This document shows positions 1-8,620 of a DNA stretch of 64,000 nucleotides, piece by piece. Source of the DNA: Candidatus Latescibacterota bacterium (GTDB lineage Bacteria > Latescibacterota > UBA2968); assembly GCA_965116885.1 (NCBI GenBank), contig OZ220741.1, forward strand, positions 3,456,001 to 3,520,000, read 5' to 3'. The stretch's first letter is position 1; each line of letters opens with the position of its first letter. A program made the translations under genes and the position numbers. Under the pieces are notes generated by a model. It ran no database searches and was not told the DNA's origin. It saw nothing but the letters and a program-made list of their open reading frames with translations.

Positions 1-244
1 CCAGACCACCTGATGTTCTGTTCGAGTAATAGGGTTTGTTCCCTTCACTGCGTGTTTCTCGAATGACGCGATAAATTCGCTCTGCTTTTGGATAATGGCG
101 ATCAACAAGCCATTCTGCCCGCACAAAACACAGCACCAATAGGCAACAGGCTATACCTACAGCCAATCCCAAAAGATTAATCGCCGAATAGAGTTTGTGT
201 CGCAAAAGGTTGCGCGTTGCAACCATAAGATAATTTTTCAGCAT
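1..244 (-). CDS. ABC transporter permease (MacB/FtsX-like), N-terminal part, runs off the window edge
   Basis: Not in the ORF track. Manual translation from ATG at 244 gives MLKNYLMVATRNLLRHKLYSAINLLGLAVGIACCLLV..., the typical start of large ABC permeases and similar to 20438..22846. Confidence 0.85.
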   Translation of the reverse strand, partial: MLKNYLMVATRNLLRHKLYSAINLLGLAVGIACCLLVLCFVRAEWLVDRHYPKAERIYRVIRETRSEGNKPYYSNRTSGGL

Positions 245-298
245 GGCGATCCCGTTTTAATTGAGGGGTGTGTATAACATCCCAAAAAGAATGAGATC

Positions 299-1336
299 CT
301 AAAGGCTATCTTCGGCACTAGCACTTGCCAGAGCGCGATCTTCTGCGTCATAGTCGAAGATGGACTGGTCGTATTCCTCCGGTGGGTTCTCGCGTTCCCA
401 GTCAACCGTACGCTTCATGCCCACGTTCAAATCCGTTCTGTGTTCCCAGCGCAGTTCGTCGCGAATCCTGCTGACGTCGTAGATCAGGTCTTGCGCGGGG
501 TTCGCCAGTTGTCCGAGATGGTCGGGCAGCTTGTCCTCGGGAAGCGTTCTGATTTCACCCTTCCAGCCCGCAGCTTTTGCAATTGATTCAACCCATTCTC
601 GCTCCGTGCAGTAATTTCCGTCTCCCACGTTGTAGATGCGTCCGGTAGCTGAGGCGTTTACTGTTGCGGCGACAATGGCCTCGGCGACATCGTCGATATA
701 TCCGCGGATGAAGCGCCAGTGGGTGCTCTCTTCACCCAGCAAAATCACTGGCCGCCCGTCGAGCATCTTTTTGAGGTATCCCCAGGGACGGTGATCGCCG
801 GGACCATAAACGGCTGGCAATCTGAGAATCGTCGTGTCGAACGCCTGTGAAAGTATTCGCTCCACGGGGATCTTATCGTAGAAATCCATGTGCTTGTGCG
901 GGTCGTCGTCAGACCGAAGCGACTCGCCGCGGTAGGGATACAGTCTCGGTCGGAGGTCTCCGTCTTCTCGGATGGGGACTTCCTGAAGCGGACCTGTTCC
1001 GTATCCTCTCATGATGTCATAGGCGCGATAGACGTCACCGCTTGAGAGGACGACAACTCTGGGCGCGACATCCTGCATGGTGTCGGTGAATGTCTGCGCG
1101 AATTGTTCGTTCATGGCAATCGTGTCAAGGAGGACATCCACCTTCAGCGACAGGAACTGTTCACGGAAGTCGCCCAGATCCAGTCGATTGCCGTGAATAT
1201 GTTCGACGCTGTCCGGAACGAGATCGGCGTTGTGCTTCCCCCGGTGGAAGACGGTGACAGTATGACCGGCTTCAGCCAGCCTGGCGACAACATGGGCACC
1301 GATAAAGCGCGTGCCACCGATGACGAGTATGTTCAT
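299..1336 (-). CDS. NAD-dependent epimerase/dehydratase (atypical SDR)
   Basis: N-terminal Rossmann motif ILVIGGTRFIG; later LRLPAVYGPGD and YNVG segments. Confidence 0.85.
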   Translation of the reverse strand: MNILVIGGTRFIGAHVVARLAEAGHTVTVFHRGKHNADLVPDSVEHIHGNRLDLGDFREQFLSLKVDVLLDTIAMNEQFAQTFTDTMQDVAPRVVVLSSGDVYRAYDIMRGYGTGPLQEVPIREDGDLRPRLYPYRGESLRSDDDPHKHMDFYDKIPVERILSQAFDTTILRLPAVYGPGDHRPWGYLKKMLDGRPVILLGEESTHWRFIRGYIDDVAEAIVAATVNASATGRIYNVGDGNYCTEREWVESIAKAAGWKGEIRTLPEDKLPDHLGQLANPAQDLIYDVSRIRDELRWEHRTDLNVGMKRTVDWERENPPEEYDQSIFDYDAEDRALASASAEDSL

Positions 1337-1589
1337 GATATCATTGCCTTATCTAATAGACCTGTTTTTTTTATATTTTGCTGTTTAAATGGATTTCGAA
1401 TCCCCACCAATGTTCCGTCTGCTTGTAGTGCGCTCTCTCGAAGGCATTGACCATCGGGAAATTAGTCGCCGCCGTCGTTTGTGGGCAATTGCCTCTAAAC
1501 GTTCTCGTTACTTGCGAACTTGCCGAAGGCTAAGCAACGGCTTCACAGCGCACCACCGTGTTGTCAGCCGAAGATGAGGGCTGACTTGC

Positions 1590-2864
1590 CTATTGTGTCA
1601 CAACCGCTTCAGGTGAGACGCGAACTGATGAAAATATCAAATAGGTAAAAGCCACCATCATTACAGCAGCTGAAATCAATAGTGTTGCCTCCCAGCCAAA
1701 AGTTTCACCAAGGTAGCCACCTGACAATGCCGCAATCGGAATTATTCCGAATACAACGAGACGCCTGGTGGCATTGATTCTACCTAACAGTCTATCTGGA
1801 GTCACTGCTTGCCTCAGACTAATCTGGCTTATGCTAAAGAGGGTCAAGGCCAGGCTAAAGACTGCCTGGATAGCAATGACGACTGGGAGCTTCATCCAAC
1901 CGAAGTGGCCTGCGAAAGGAAGCACACCCATCGCAATGCCCTCAAGTAGCAACGCAATAATCATCAACCAGCCTGTACCCATCCGCTTTGCAAGTGGAAC
2001 AGCGGATAGGGCCCCGATAATCGAGGCACCTCCTGCAACAGATCCGATGATTCCCAGCCAGATCGGCGTAATGCCCAGGGTGCGAACAAGAAAAAGTGTC
2101 CAAACTGTATGTTGTACAGCACCTGCTGCACTTGCAAGAGCGGTCCCGACAGTCATGGCTCTCAGAATAGGGTGACTAAATAGAGTCGATATTCCCTCCT
2201 TGATGGCAGCTATCACCCCTTGGTCCATCCTGGTCTTGATAGCATCAGATTCATCAAATCGGATCCTCAATAGGAATAGACCAGATAAAAAGTATGAAAT
2301 TGAGTCCACAAGTATTGCCAACGGCGCACCGAGAATATCGACAAGGTATCCAGCTGCTCCGGGCCCTGCTACATTCGTTGTTGAAGTGCTTAGCTGAAGT
2401 CGGGCATTCCCCTCGACCAGATCTTCCCGTTTCACGATAGAAGGCAAAAACGATGTTGAGGCAAGGACGTAAATCATCGCGAGTGTACCACTTATAAAAG
2501 CCACAATATATAGCAACTCTATGGATAGCCAGCTAACCAAAGCTGCTATGGGGACCAGACCTATGATCAATCCCTGTCCGAACGCACTCGCGACCAGTAT
2601 GGGCTTTCGTTTGGCCCGATCAATCCAGACGCCAGTCAGGAGAGCGAAGAGCAGTACTGGAAGATGCGTTGCCGCGTTGAGGAATCCCATTTCCTTCGCG
2701 CCAACCTGAAGCGTTATCACCGCAACAAGGGGAAGCGCAAGGTTGGTGACAGATGAGCCGAGATCCGAAATAGTGACGCCGCCCCAGAGCTTGGCAAAGT
2801 CAGAATTGGAACGCGCCAGCCGGAAGAGGCCGCCCTCAGGTGCTATACTCATTTGCTTACTCAT
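1590..2864 (-). CDS. MFS transporter (MFS_3 / efflux-type)
   Basis: About 12 hydrophobic segments; motif A-like GVWIDRAKRK; C-terminal RQAVTPDRLLGRINA. Confidence 0.9.
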   Translation of the reverse strand: MSKQMSIAPEGGLFRLARSNSDFAKLWGGVTISDLGSSVTNLALPLVAVITLQVGAKEMGFLNAATHLPVLLFALLTGVWIDRAKRKPILVASAFGQGLIIGLVPIAALVSWLSIELLYIVAFISGTLAMIYVLASTSFLPSIVKREDLVEGNARLQLSTSTTNVAGPGAAGYLVDILGAPLAILVDSISYFLSGLFLLRIRFDESDAIKTRMDQGVIAAIKEGISTLFSHPILRAMTVGTALASAAGAVQHTVWTLFLVRTLGITPIWLGIIGSVAGGASIIGALSAVPLAKRMGTGWLMIIALLLEGIAMGVLPFAGHFGWMKLPVVIAIQAVFSLALTLFSISQISLRQAVTPDRLLGRINATRRLVVFGIIPIAALSGGYLGETFGWEATLLISAAVMMVAFTYLIFSSVRVSPEAVVTQ

Positions 2865-2929
2865 TTCGTATGGTCGTGTTATGTGTCGTGCGATCCTCTA
2901 TCCGTCGCCGAATGTGCCAATTGCGGGTT

Positions 2930-3733
2930 CTAATCAGCCGGTTTCGTGGCTATGAAAACCATGTCCGTATGCTCAGCGTTCAGAGGCGCGTCCGAGAAGT
3001 TCCCCTTCACCTCCACGTCGGCGAATCCTGCCAGCCGTAGCATCCAAAGCACCTCATTGCGGTGATACCAACGCGTCTGCCCCACATGCACCTCTTCCTT
3101 GATAATCTGATTACCGTCATGAATCTCGTATCGGCGTTCCTGCATCTGGATCTGTTCAACTGCATCCTCTCCCGTGTCTCGTATATATACCAACAATCGT
3201 CGGCCGTCTGGGAGTTCTTTGTTTGATCGCAATGTCCATTCTCCTGGGTAGGTCTTCGCTTCTTCGCTGCCGTAGTAGTTCCGGTTTCCCGGAGAACAGG
3301 CGAATACGAGTTGTCCTTTCGGTTTCAGGTGGGTGAAACAACGTCGCAATGTCTCCAATGCCTCGGCGCGATCCATGACACACTCGAAGCTCCCACAGGG
3401 GATGTAAATGGTACTGTAGCTATGCGGCACATCGAATGTCTGCATAGATTGCTCATAGAGGACCGGTTTGACTCCGACACGCTCTGCATCCCGGCGGCAC
3501 ACTGTTAGTTGATCTGCTGATATATCTACGCCCTCAACATCAAGTCCATCCTGCAGATAGGCGATCAACAAGCGACCTGCGCCACACCCTAATTCGAGTG
3601 CTTTTCCTGAGTTCTTCACGATTATGGAACGATAGAATTCCTGGTCTCTACGGGGGTCGGTGACCGATATTGTGGCCCAATGGACAGACGCCAGGCCAGT
3701 GTACAGATCGCGTTCGTCGTATCGCTGTTGCAT
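2930..3733 (-). CDS. Class I SAM-dependent methyltransferase
   Basis: Motif I ALELGCGAGR, GVDIS, LKPKGQL, C-terminal MLRLAGF. Confidence 0.9.
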   Translation of the reverse strand: MQQRYDERDLYTGLASVHWATISVTDPRRDQEFYRSIIVKNSGKALELGCGAGRLLIAYLQDGLDVEGVDISADQLTVCRRDAERVGVKPVLYEQSMQTFDVPHSYSTIYIPCGSFECVMDRAEALETLRRCFTHLKPKGQLVFACSPGNRNYYGSEEAKTYPGEWTLRSNKELPDGRRLLVYIRDTGEDAVEQIQMQERRYEIHDGNQIIKEEVHVGQTRWYHRNEVLWMLRLAGFADVEVKGNFSDAPLNAEHTDMVFIATKPAD

Positions 3734-3814
3734 TGCGTTGTCCTTGAAAAAGTGGTCGGTCTGGTCCTTATGACGTGATTGCTTTCAGAGAACCGAATGT
3801 TGAATGCTCTTTAA

Positions 3815-4717
3815 TTACAGCCTCTTTACGTACGCCGAAGAGACATCACCGATGCGGAATCCAACTTCGGTATAGAGCGAGACTGCAGCTATGTTGTTTT
3901 CGCGGCAGTTCAGAATCACGCGCTCATATCCTTCCTCATGTGCCTCAGACAGTGCGCGATTGAGCAGATGGTGCCCTATGCCTTGCCGTCGGTGCTCCTG
4001 ATCTACCCCAAGCCATCGCAAGTAACAGCAAGAGGCGAGTTCGTCAAGGTGGGCGTAAGCTTGACAACTGAACATGCGGCATATTCCGATTCTGGAATCA
4101 CCAGAGAACGCCCTCACAAATATGTTGGGTCGTTCTGCATGTGTCGGGACTTTCTCGACATTCACCTGCGCTGCAATTGGAGTTGGGGTCACTCCTCCTA
4201 TTCGTCGCTCCAAGGTCAGATGGGCATCGTGGGGCGTGTATCCATTCTCACTGAAAAGTTGGCGGACGTGGGCGAGCCGATTAGAAAGGACACCAACCTT
4301 ATAGTTGTGAAACGAGTATCCGTGATAGAGCGGAAACGCATCAATGTACCCATAGTCCGATAGCAAGTCTTCTGCGCTCTCCAGCAACAACTGCCCGACT
4401 GCTGGGAAATCTGGCACAAACGCCAGGCAACGGATGATTCCGCATTCGATGTCTTCGCCACGTACTTCGGCCGGGCCAGCACAAATGTGCGCGAACCCAA
4501 CTGGCTCGGTATCTATAGACGCAACAAGCAACTTCTGCTCCCTATCTGTTGCCAGTGACTCGCTGTCTTCCAGATTTGGTACAAGACCACTTGCGAAGTC
4601 TTCGGGAACAACCGAATAGCTGAAAGGAACCTTTGCCGCTGATTCTGACCAGACTTCGAAGAGGCTACCCGCACGATACAGGGGCCACTCCCCAATCGTA
4701 GGTGAGCGCTTGTTCAT
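3815..4717 (-). CDS. GNAT family N-acetyltransferase (probably two GNAT domains)
   Basis: Motif A LGVDQEHRRQGIGHHL and motif B NIAAVSLYTEVGF in the C-terminal half. Confidence 0.8.
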   Translation of the reverse strand: MNKRSPTIGEWPLYRAGSLFEVWSESAAKVPFSYSVVPEDFASGLVPNLEDSESLATDREQKLLVASIDTEPVGFAHICAGPAEVRGEDIECGIIRCLAFVPDFPAVGQLLLESAEDLLSDYGYIDAFPLYHGYSFHNYKVGVLSNRLAHVRQLFSENGYTPHDAHLTLERRIGGVTPTPIAAQVNVEKVPTHAERPNIFVRAFSGDSRIGICRMFSCQAYAHLDELASCCYLRWLGVDQEHRRQGIGHHLLNRALSEAHEEGYERVILNCRENNIAAVSLYTEVGFRIGDVSSAYVKRL

Positions 4718-4937
4718 TCACTGCCCTCTTTGCTGTCGATAGGAACACGTTCGGCTAACATTTGGCATCTGCGACGGCGAAAGTAGTTACGTACTATTTC
4801 TTTGACATCTTTCAGAGCAATCTTAAGCCTGCACATTGGCATAGAAATTGACGATGTTTCCATCCGGGTCACGAAACCAAACGGATCGGCGCCCCCACGA
4901 TTGGGTTGTAGGCGGTTTAACAATCTCAACATTCATG

Positions 4938-5753
4938 TCATAGGTCAGATTCGAGATTCGGCGCTGCATCGCTCTGGCTGATTCCCTTCGCTGTCATGAA
5001 CCGCGGTCGATCCAGGACGTTAAAGCTCCTTGAGTGCAGAGCCGACATGTTCGTGACATACGCCTCACCCGGGTCTCCTGTCAGTTCCACCACACGCAGA
5101 GGATGACCCCAAACGTCGGTGAATTTCTCCATGAATCGTTGCCTGCGATCCTCGGAGTCCCTTTTATGAATTAGATTTCGCAACCAGGTGTGAGAGGCAA
5201 AGAACCTTTGCTTTATGTGCCTGACCTTCAGGTCAAGCTGCTGCGGGGAGAGCTCGCTGTAGAACTTGCACACAACATGGTGTGAACCCTCAACCAGAAC
5301 CGTGCCTCCGCCTTCCGGATCGACCTTACTCAGAAAGCAGAAAATGAAGATGTCGCGGAGCTGGTCAACATTGCGAAGCGGGTTTCCGTGCCAGTGCCAG
5401 TCGGTTGCGATGTCCCAACTTTCTCGCTGCTGGGGGAAGGTGTACAGCACAATGCCGCGATCTTTCGGGGGACGCCACTGTCCCTGACCGAGCAACTGAT
5501 CTACCACTGCTGCAAATTCTGCCGTCATGGCTTCTCGAAAGATGCGAGATTTTCTCACGGATCGGCTGACTCCACCCGGATATTTTCGCCAGGTCGCAGG
5601 ATCATCCCGCAATACGTCCTCTCTCTCCAGCCGACGCCAGATCGTTGATTCCATCTCAGCGGCGTCTTCGGCCGTAAAGGCGCGCACCTTGACGTAGCCA
5701 CGGGTGCAGAGCTGCTCAAGGTCTTGTTCGTTCAGTGGTCCATCAGTCGTCAT
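4938..5753 (-). CDS. Phytanoyl-CoA dioxygenase (PhyH) family protein, HxH variant
   Basis: RGYVKV start, GGGTVLVEGSHH, ELTGDPGEA, distal LHSRSFN...RFM; iron motif reads WHWHG rather than WHxDG. Confidence 0.8.
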   Translation of the reverse strand: MTTDGPLNEQDLEQLCTRGYVKVRAFTAEDAAEMESTIWRRLEREDVLRDDPATWRKYPGGVSRSVRKSRIFREAMTAEFAAVVDQLLGQGQWRPPKDRGIVLYTFPQQRESWDIATDWHWHGNPLRNVDQLRDIFIFCFLSKVDPEGGGTVLVEGSHHVVCKFYSELSPQQLDLKVRHIKQRFFASHTWLRNLIHKRDSEDRRQRFMEKFTDVWGHPLRVVELTGDPGEAYVTNMSALHSRSFNVLDRPRFMTAKGISQSDAAPNLESDL

Positions 5754-5792
5754 GGAATTGCCTTTCTATATCGGTGAATAAAATGAAGAAGT

Positions 5793-5897
5793 TGGCAGAG
5801 GGTGTGGGGATCGAACCCATATACGGGATATCCCACAGGATACCCGTAGCCCTCGGTTTGGAAGCCTCGGGGCCAGCACCACTGGCTCTCACCCCCT
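5793..5897 (-). tRNA. Atypical tRNA-Sec-like (8/4, allo-tRNA-like) gene with 8-nt anticodon loop; identity undetermined
   Basis: Folded by hand: acceptor AGGGGGTG/CACCCTCT, discriminator G, encoded CCA; D arm GCCAG-TGGTG-CTGGC; anticodon arm CCCGAGG-CTTCCAAA-CCGAGGG; variable arm TACGGGTATCC-TGTG-GGATATCCCGTA; T arm TGGG-TTCGATC-CCCA. A TATTAT -10-like hexamer lies 5 nt upstream (5903-5908). Confidence 0.85.
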
Positions 5898-6016
5898 GCT
5901 CAATAATACGACGATGTCACAAAATGGAATGTTTCGGGTGGGATAGGGGAGACTACATCTTATTCGTCTCGAAGCGCTTGCGTCTAACGATGGGTGTGGT
6001 TGATGTGGCAGGGCTT

Positions 6017-6778
6017 TTATTCAGGCTTACGACAGGAAAAAACGACGATATCATGCTCCGATGGTTCGGTGTCCCCGTAAGCTTTCGTCATTTGTATATC
6101 CATAAAGCCTGCGGTAAGCAGCATTTCTTCAAATTCAACTATGTCATAAAACCGTTCATTATAGTCGAACAGTTCAGTCGTAGTGAGCTCTCCATTTATA
6201 TACACTTCATATTTGGTCAGGTTGCGAATGACTCGTCCACCGTCTCTTTCAGACCATAATGAAGTAATCCAAACAGTCGAACCATCAGGCCGGTCTTCGA
6301 TTTCAATTTCCGTTTCACCTGATTTTCCAAACTCATCTTCTTCGGGTGGTGTCTTGACGTCCAGAACAAACCATCCACCGGGCAAGAGATAGTCCCAGAG
6401 TTTCTGGAGAGATTTCTGAGCAGCTTCCCGTTCATAGAGATGACCAAAAGAACGGTCCGGGATGAAAATGAATCCATATTGTCGCGACAGGTTGATTTCT
6501 TCAATCAATTGTTGATACAGCGAGGGCTCTAAGCCCTTTTCTGTGCATTTCTTACGACATTCAGCCAGCATATATGGTGAAGCATCTACCCCCTCAATAT
6601 CCGCTCCTGCTTCCAGAAAAGGGATTAGAAAATATCCTGTTCCACACATCGGTTCAAGGACCGGGCCTGGTCTTCCAGCTTTCTTCCACTTATCCAGGTA
6701 GAACGGAAGCATATCGCCGCGTCTTCCTTCCAGGTCGTAGCCTTGAGAGTAGATTCTTCCGTAAAAGGACTGCTTCAA
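6017..6778 (-). CDS. Class I SAM-dependent methyltransferase
   Basis: VLEPMCGTG, GVDAS, LLPGGWFVLD, MLLTAGF; same family as 2930..3733. Confidence 0.9.
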   Translation of the reverse strand: MKQSFYGRIYSQGYDLEGRRGDMLPFYLDKWKKAGRPGPVLEPMCGTGYFLIPFLEAGADIEGVDASPYMLAECRKKCTEKGLEPSLYQQLIEEINLSRQYGFIFIPDRSFGHLYEREAAQKSLQKLWDYLLPGGWFVLDVKTPPEEDEFGKSGETEIEIEDRPDGSTVWITSLWSERDGGRVIRNLTKYEVYINGELTTTELFDYNERFYDIVEFEEMLLTAGFMDIQMTKAYGDTEPSEHDIVVFSCRKPE

Positions 6779-6913
6779 GTTTGGGTCTCCTCAACAAAGC
6801 TGTTATTTCATATTTCGCCTGAGGTTTATGCAAGTGTACTCTTTTTCCATGAGGAGAGTTCGAGTGGTAATCAGTACATAGTTTCTCAACATGGTAGTGC
6901 TCCCGAGAGATAC

Positions 6914-7330
6914 CTATATGATCGTCGGATCAACGCCTGGGGGATACGCTTCGTGTTGAGGTTTGTCATCCGTGATTTCCCACCAGGGTGCTTTGTCCCC
7001 AACGAATATGTGCTGCGAAGGTATAACCTGGGGATCATCATCGAGAAGCCCGCCAGGTATCCCGATCTGAGGGTACCAATCTTGTCTCAGTGGCAGCGGC
7101 GATCCGCACACCCCACAAAATTCGCGCGTGATCCGTTCCGATTGTTTGTATGACGAAATCAACTCTTCTCCTTTGACATACCTGAAGTCCTCCTTCTCGC
7201 ACAGAGCTTCTGTCCCGAATGCGGAACCATAAGCTTTTCTGCAATCCGAACAGTGGCAGTTCACCATGCCCAGGATCGGGCCATCCACCACGAACTGGAT
7301 CTTACCACACAGACAACCTCCTTTGATCAT
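6914..7330 (-). CDS. GFA / CENP-V family zinc-binding protein
   Basis: GGCLCG, CHCSDCRK, FCGVCGS, HIFVGDKAPW. Confidence 0.92.
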   Translation of the reverse strand: MIKGGCLCGKIQFVVDGPILGMVNCHCSDCRKAYGSAFGTEALCEKEDFRYVKGEELISSYKQSERITREFCGVCGSPLPLRQDWYPQIGIPGGLLDDDPQVIPSQHIFVGDKAPWWEITDDKPQHEAYPPGVDPTII

Positions 7331-7466
7331 GTCTGACTCCTATCACATTGTCGGTTAGATGCGTGTTGCGTTGTCCGCGATATGCTATTGGGATGGGGTT
7401 CAGGGGATATGCCAATGCCTTACCGTGCTGTCAGCCGCTGGTACCTGTCGATCTCCCCAATCATTT

Positions 7467-8600
7467 CTATGGCGTGTCGATCCACCAGTGATACACGTTC
7501 GTCAAGTGCTGTTCATACGCATGCGACGCCTGTAGCAGCAACCGATTCCGCTTGTGTGGATTCAGCGATCCGACCACGATGCTGTTCGAATATGCTGCGA
7601 TTCCCTCCTCGCGCATCCTCAAGTAGATGCCGTCATCCCAGGCAAAGCCATCTCGTGAAGCATACAGAACAAAGTGACCTTTTTCCTCTTTCTTACCCTG
7701 CAAGAATGCACTGCGTCCGTGCATGAAATAACAGCCGTTTAGCACGGCCATCTGAGGGTTTCGGATCTTCTTTTTAAAGTGTGCGATCCTTGGTTCGGAC
7801 CAGGTCCGACCGTCGTCGCTCACCACATAGTCCATCGTGTGCTCAGCCTTGCTGTTGTATATGTACACAATGATGTTTCCGTTATCGCGTATCCCCATGG
7901 TTCCATACGATTTCCCGATGGTGTCGAAGGGAAGCTCGCTGCGCTTCACGAACGTCCGGCCGCTGTCTCGGCTCACGTGCAACTCGTACACATGCTCGGG
8001 CTTGTTGCCCAGGAAATTGATCTCATTGTCGTTCCTGAAGTGGAGCGCGAGTATCTCTCCGTTGTGATACTTTGCATCGTAGAGCCTGCCCCGACTGTCG
8101 CACAGTGCAGATGGCTCACTCCATGTGTACCCTCCATCCGGACTGCTGATGTATGTCGGCACCTGAAATTGCCTCCAAATGACATTGGTCGTGATGTCAC
8201 ACACAAGGAAAAAGAGGACGATTTCACCCTTGTCCGTTCGAATTGCCTTCTCGGCGAAGGCGGACAATTTCTTGCTGGTCTTCCCGCTCTGTCCGGTGTC
8301 GAACAAGTTTTTCGAATAGGCGACCACGTTCCGATCGCTCCAGGTCTCGCCGCCGTCTTCCGATCGCTTGTATTCCATCCAGCCTCTGGCCGAGTGGCCC
8401 TTGTCAGACTTCTTCGGGTTGTGGCTTTCGGCGGAGCAGTTCGGATAGAAGGCGAGGATCTTCCCGTCTTCATACTCTACCAGTGCGTGCCCGAGATTTC
8501 CACCTCTTTTTGCCGGGGCGTGATCGACAAAGAGAATCCCATCGTTCGGTGGGTTTTTGGGGGTGATTTTATAATCTGCTTTGTTTGGGTTTCCGGCCAT
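7467..8600 (-). CDS. BNR/Asp-box repeat (sialidase-like beta-propeller) protein
   Basis: Five Asp boxes: SEDGGETW, SPDGGYTW, SRDSGRTF, SDDGRTW, SRDGFAW. Confidence 0.8.
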   Translation of the reverse strand: MAGNPNKADYKITPKNPPNDGILFVDHAPAKRGGNLGHALVEYEDGKILAFYPNCSAESHNPKKSDKGHSARGWMEYKRSEDGGETWSDRNVVAYSKNLFDTGQSGKTSKKLSAFAEKAIRTDKGEIVLFFLVCDITTNVIWRQFQVPTYISSPDGGYTWSEPSALCDSRGRLYDAKYHNGEILALHFRNDNEINFLGNKPEHVYELHVSRDSGRTFVKRSELPFDTIGKSYGTMGIRDNGNIIVYIYNSKAEHTMDYVVSDDGRTWSEPRIAHFKKKIRNPQMAVLNGCYFMHGRSAFLQGKKEEKGHFVLYASRDGFAWDDGIYLRMREEGIAAYSNSIVVGSLNPHKRNRLLLQASHAYEQHLTNVYHWWIDTP

Positions 8601-8620
8601 AAGTGCCTCCCTGGACGAAG

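Noticed and set aside
5793..5897. Calling the tRNA an ordinary selC, tRNA-Trp or tRNA-Gly
   Set aside because: The loop has 8 nt and the T stem 4 bp; 7-nt registers for CCA or UCC do not close the anticodon stem; Trp and Gly tRNAs lack long variable arms.
5735..6259. 174-aa plus-strand ORF
   Set aside because: Antisense to the tRNA and a methyltransferase; no recognisable motif.
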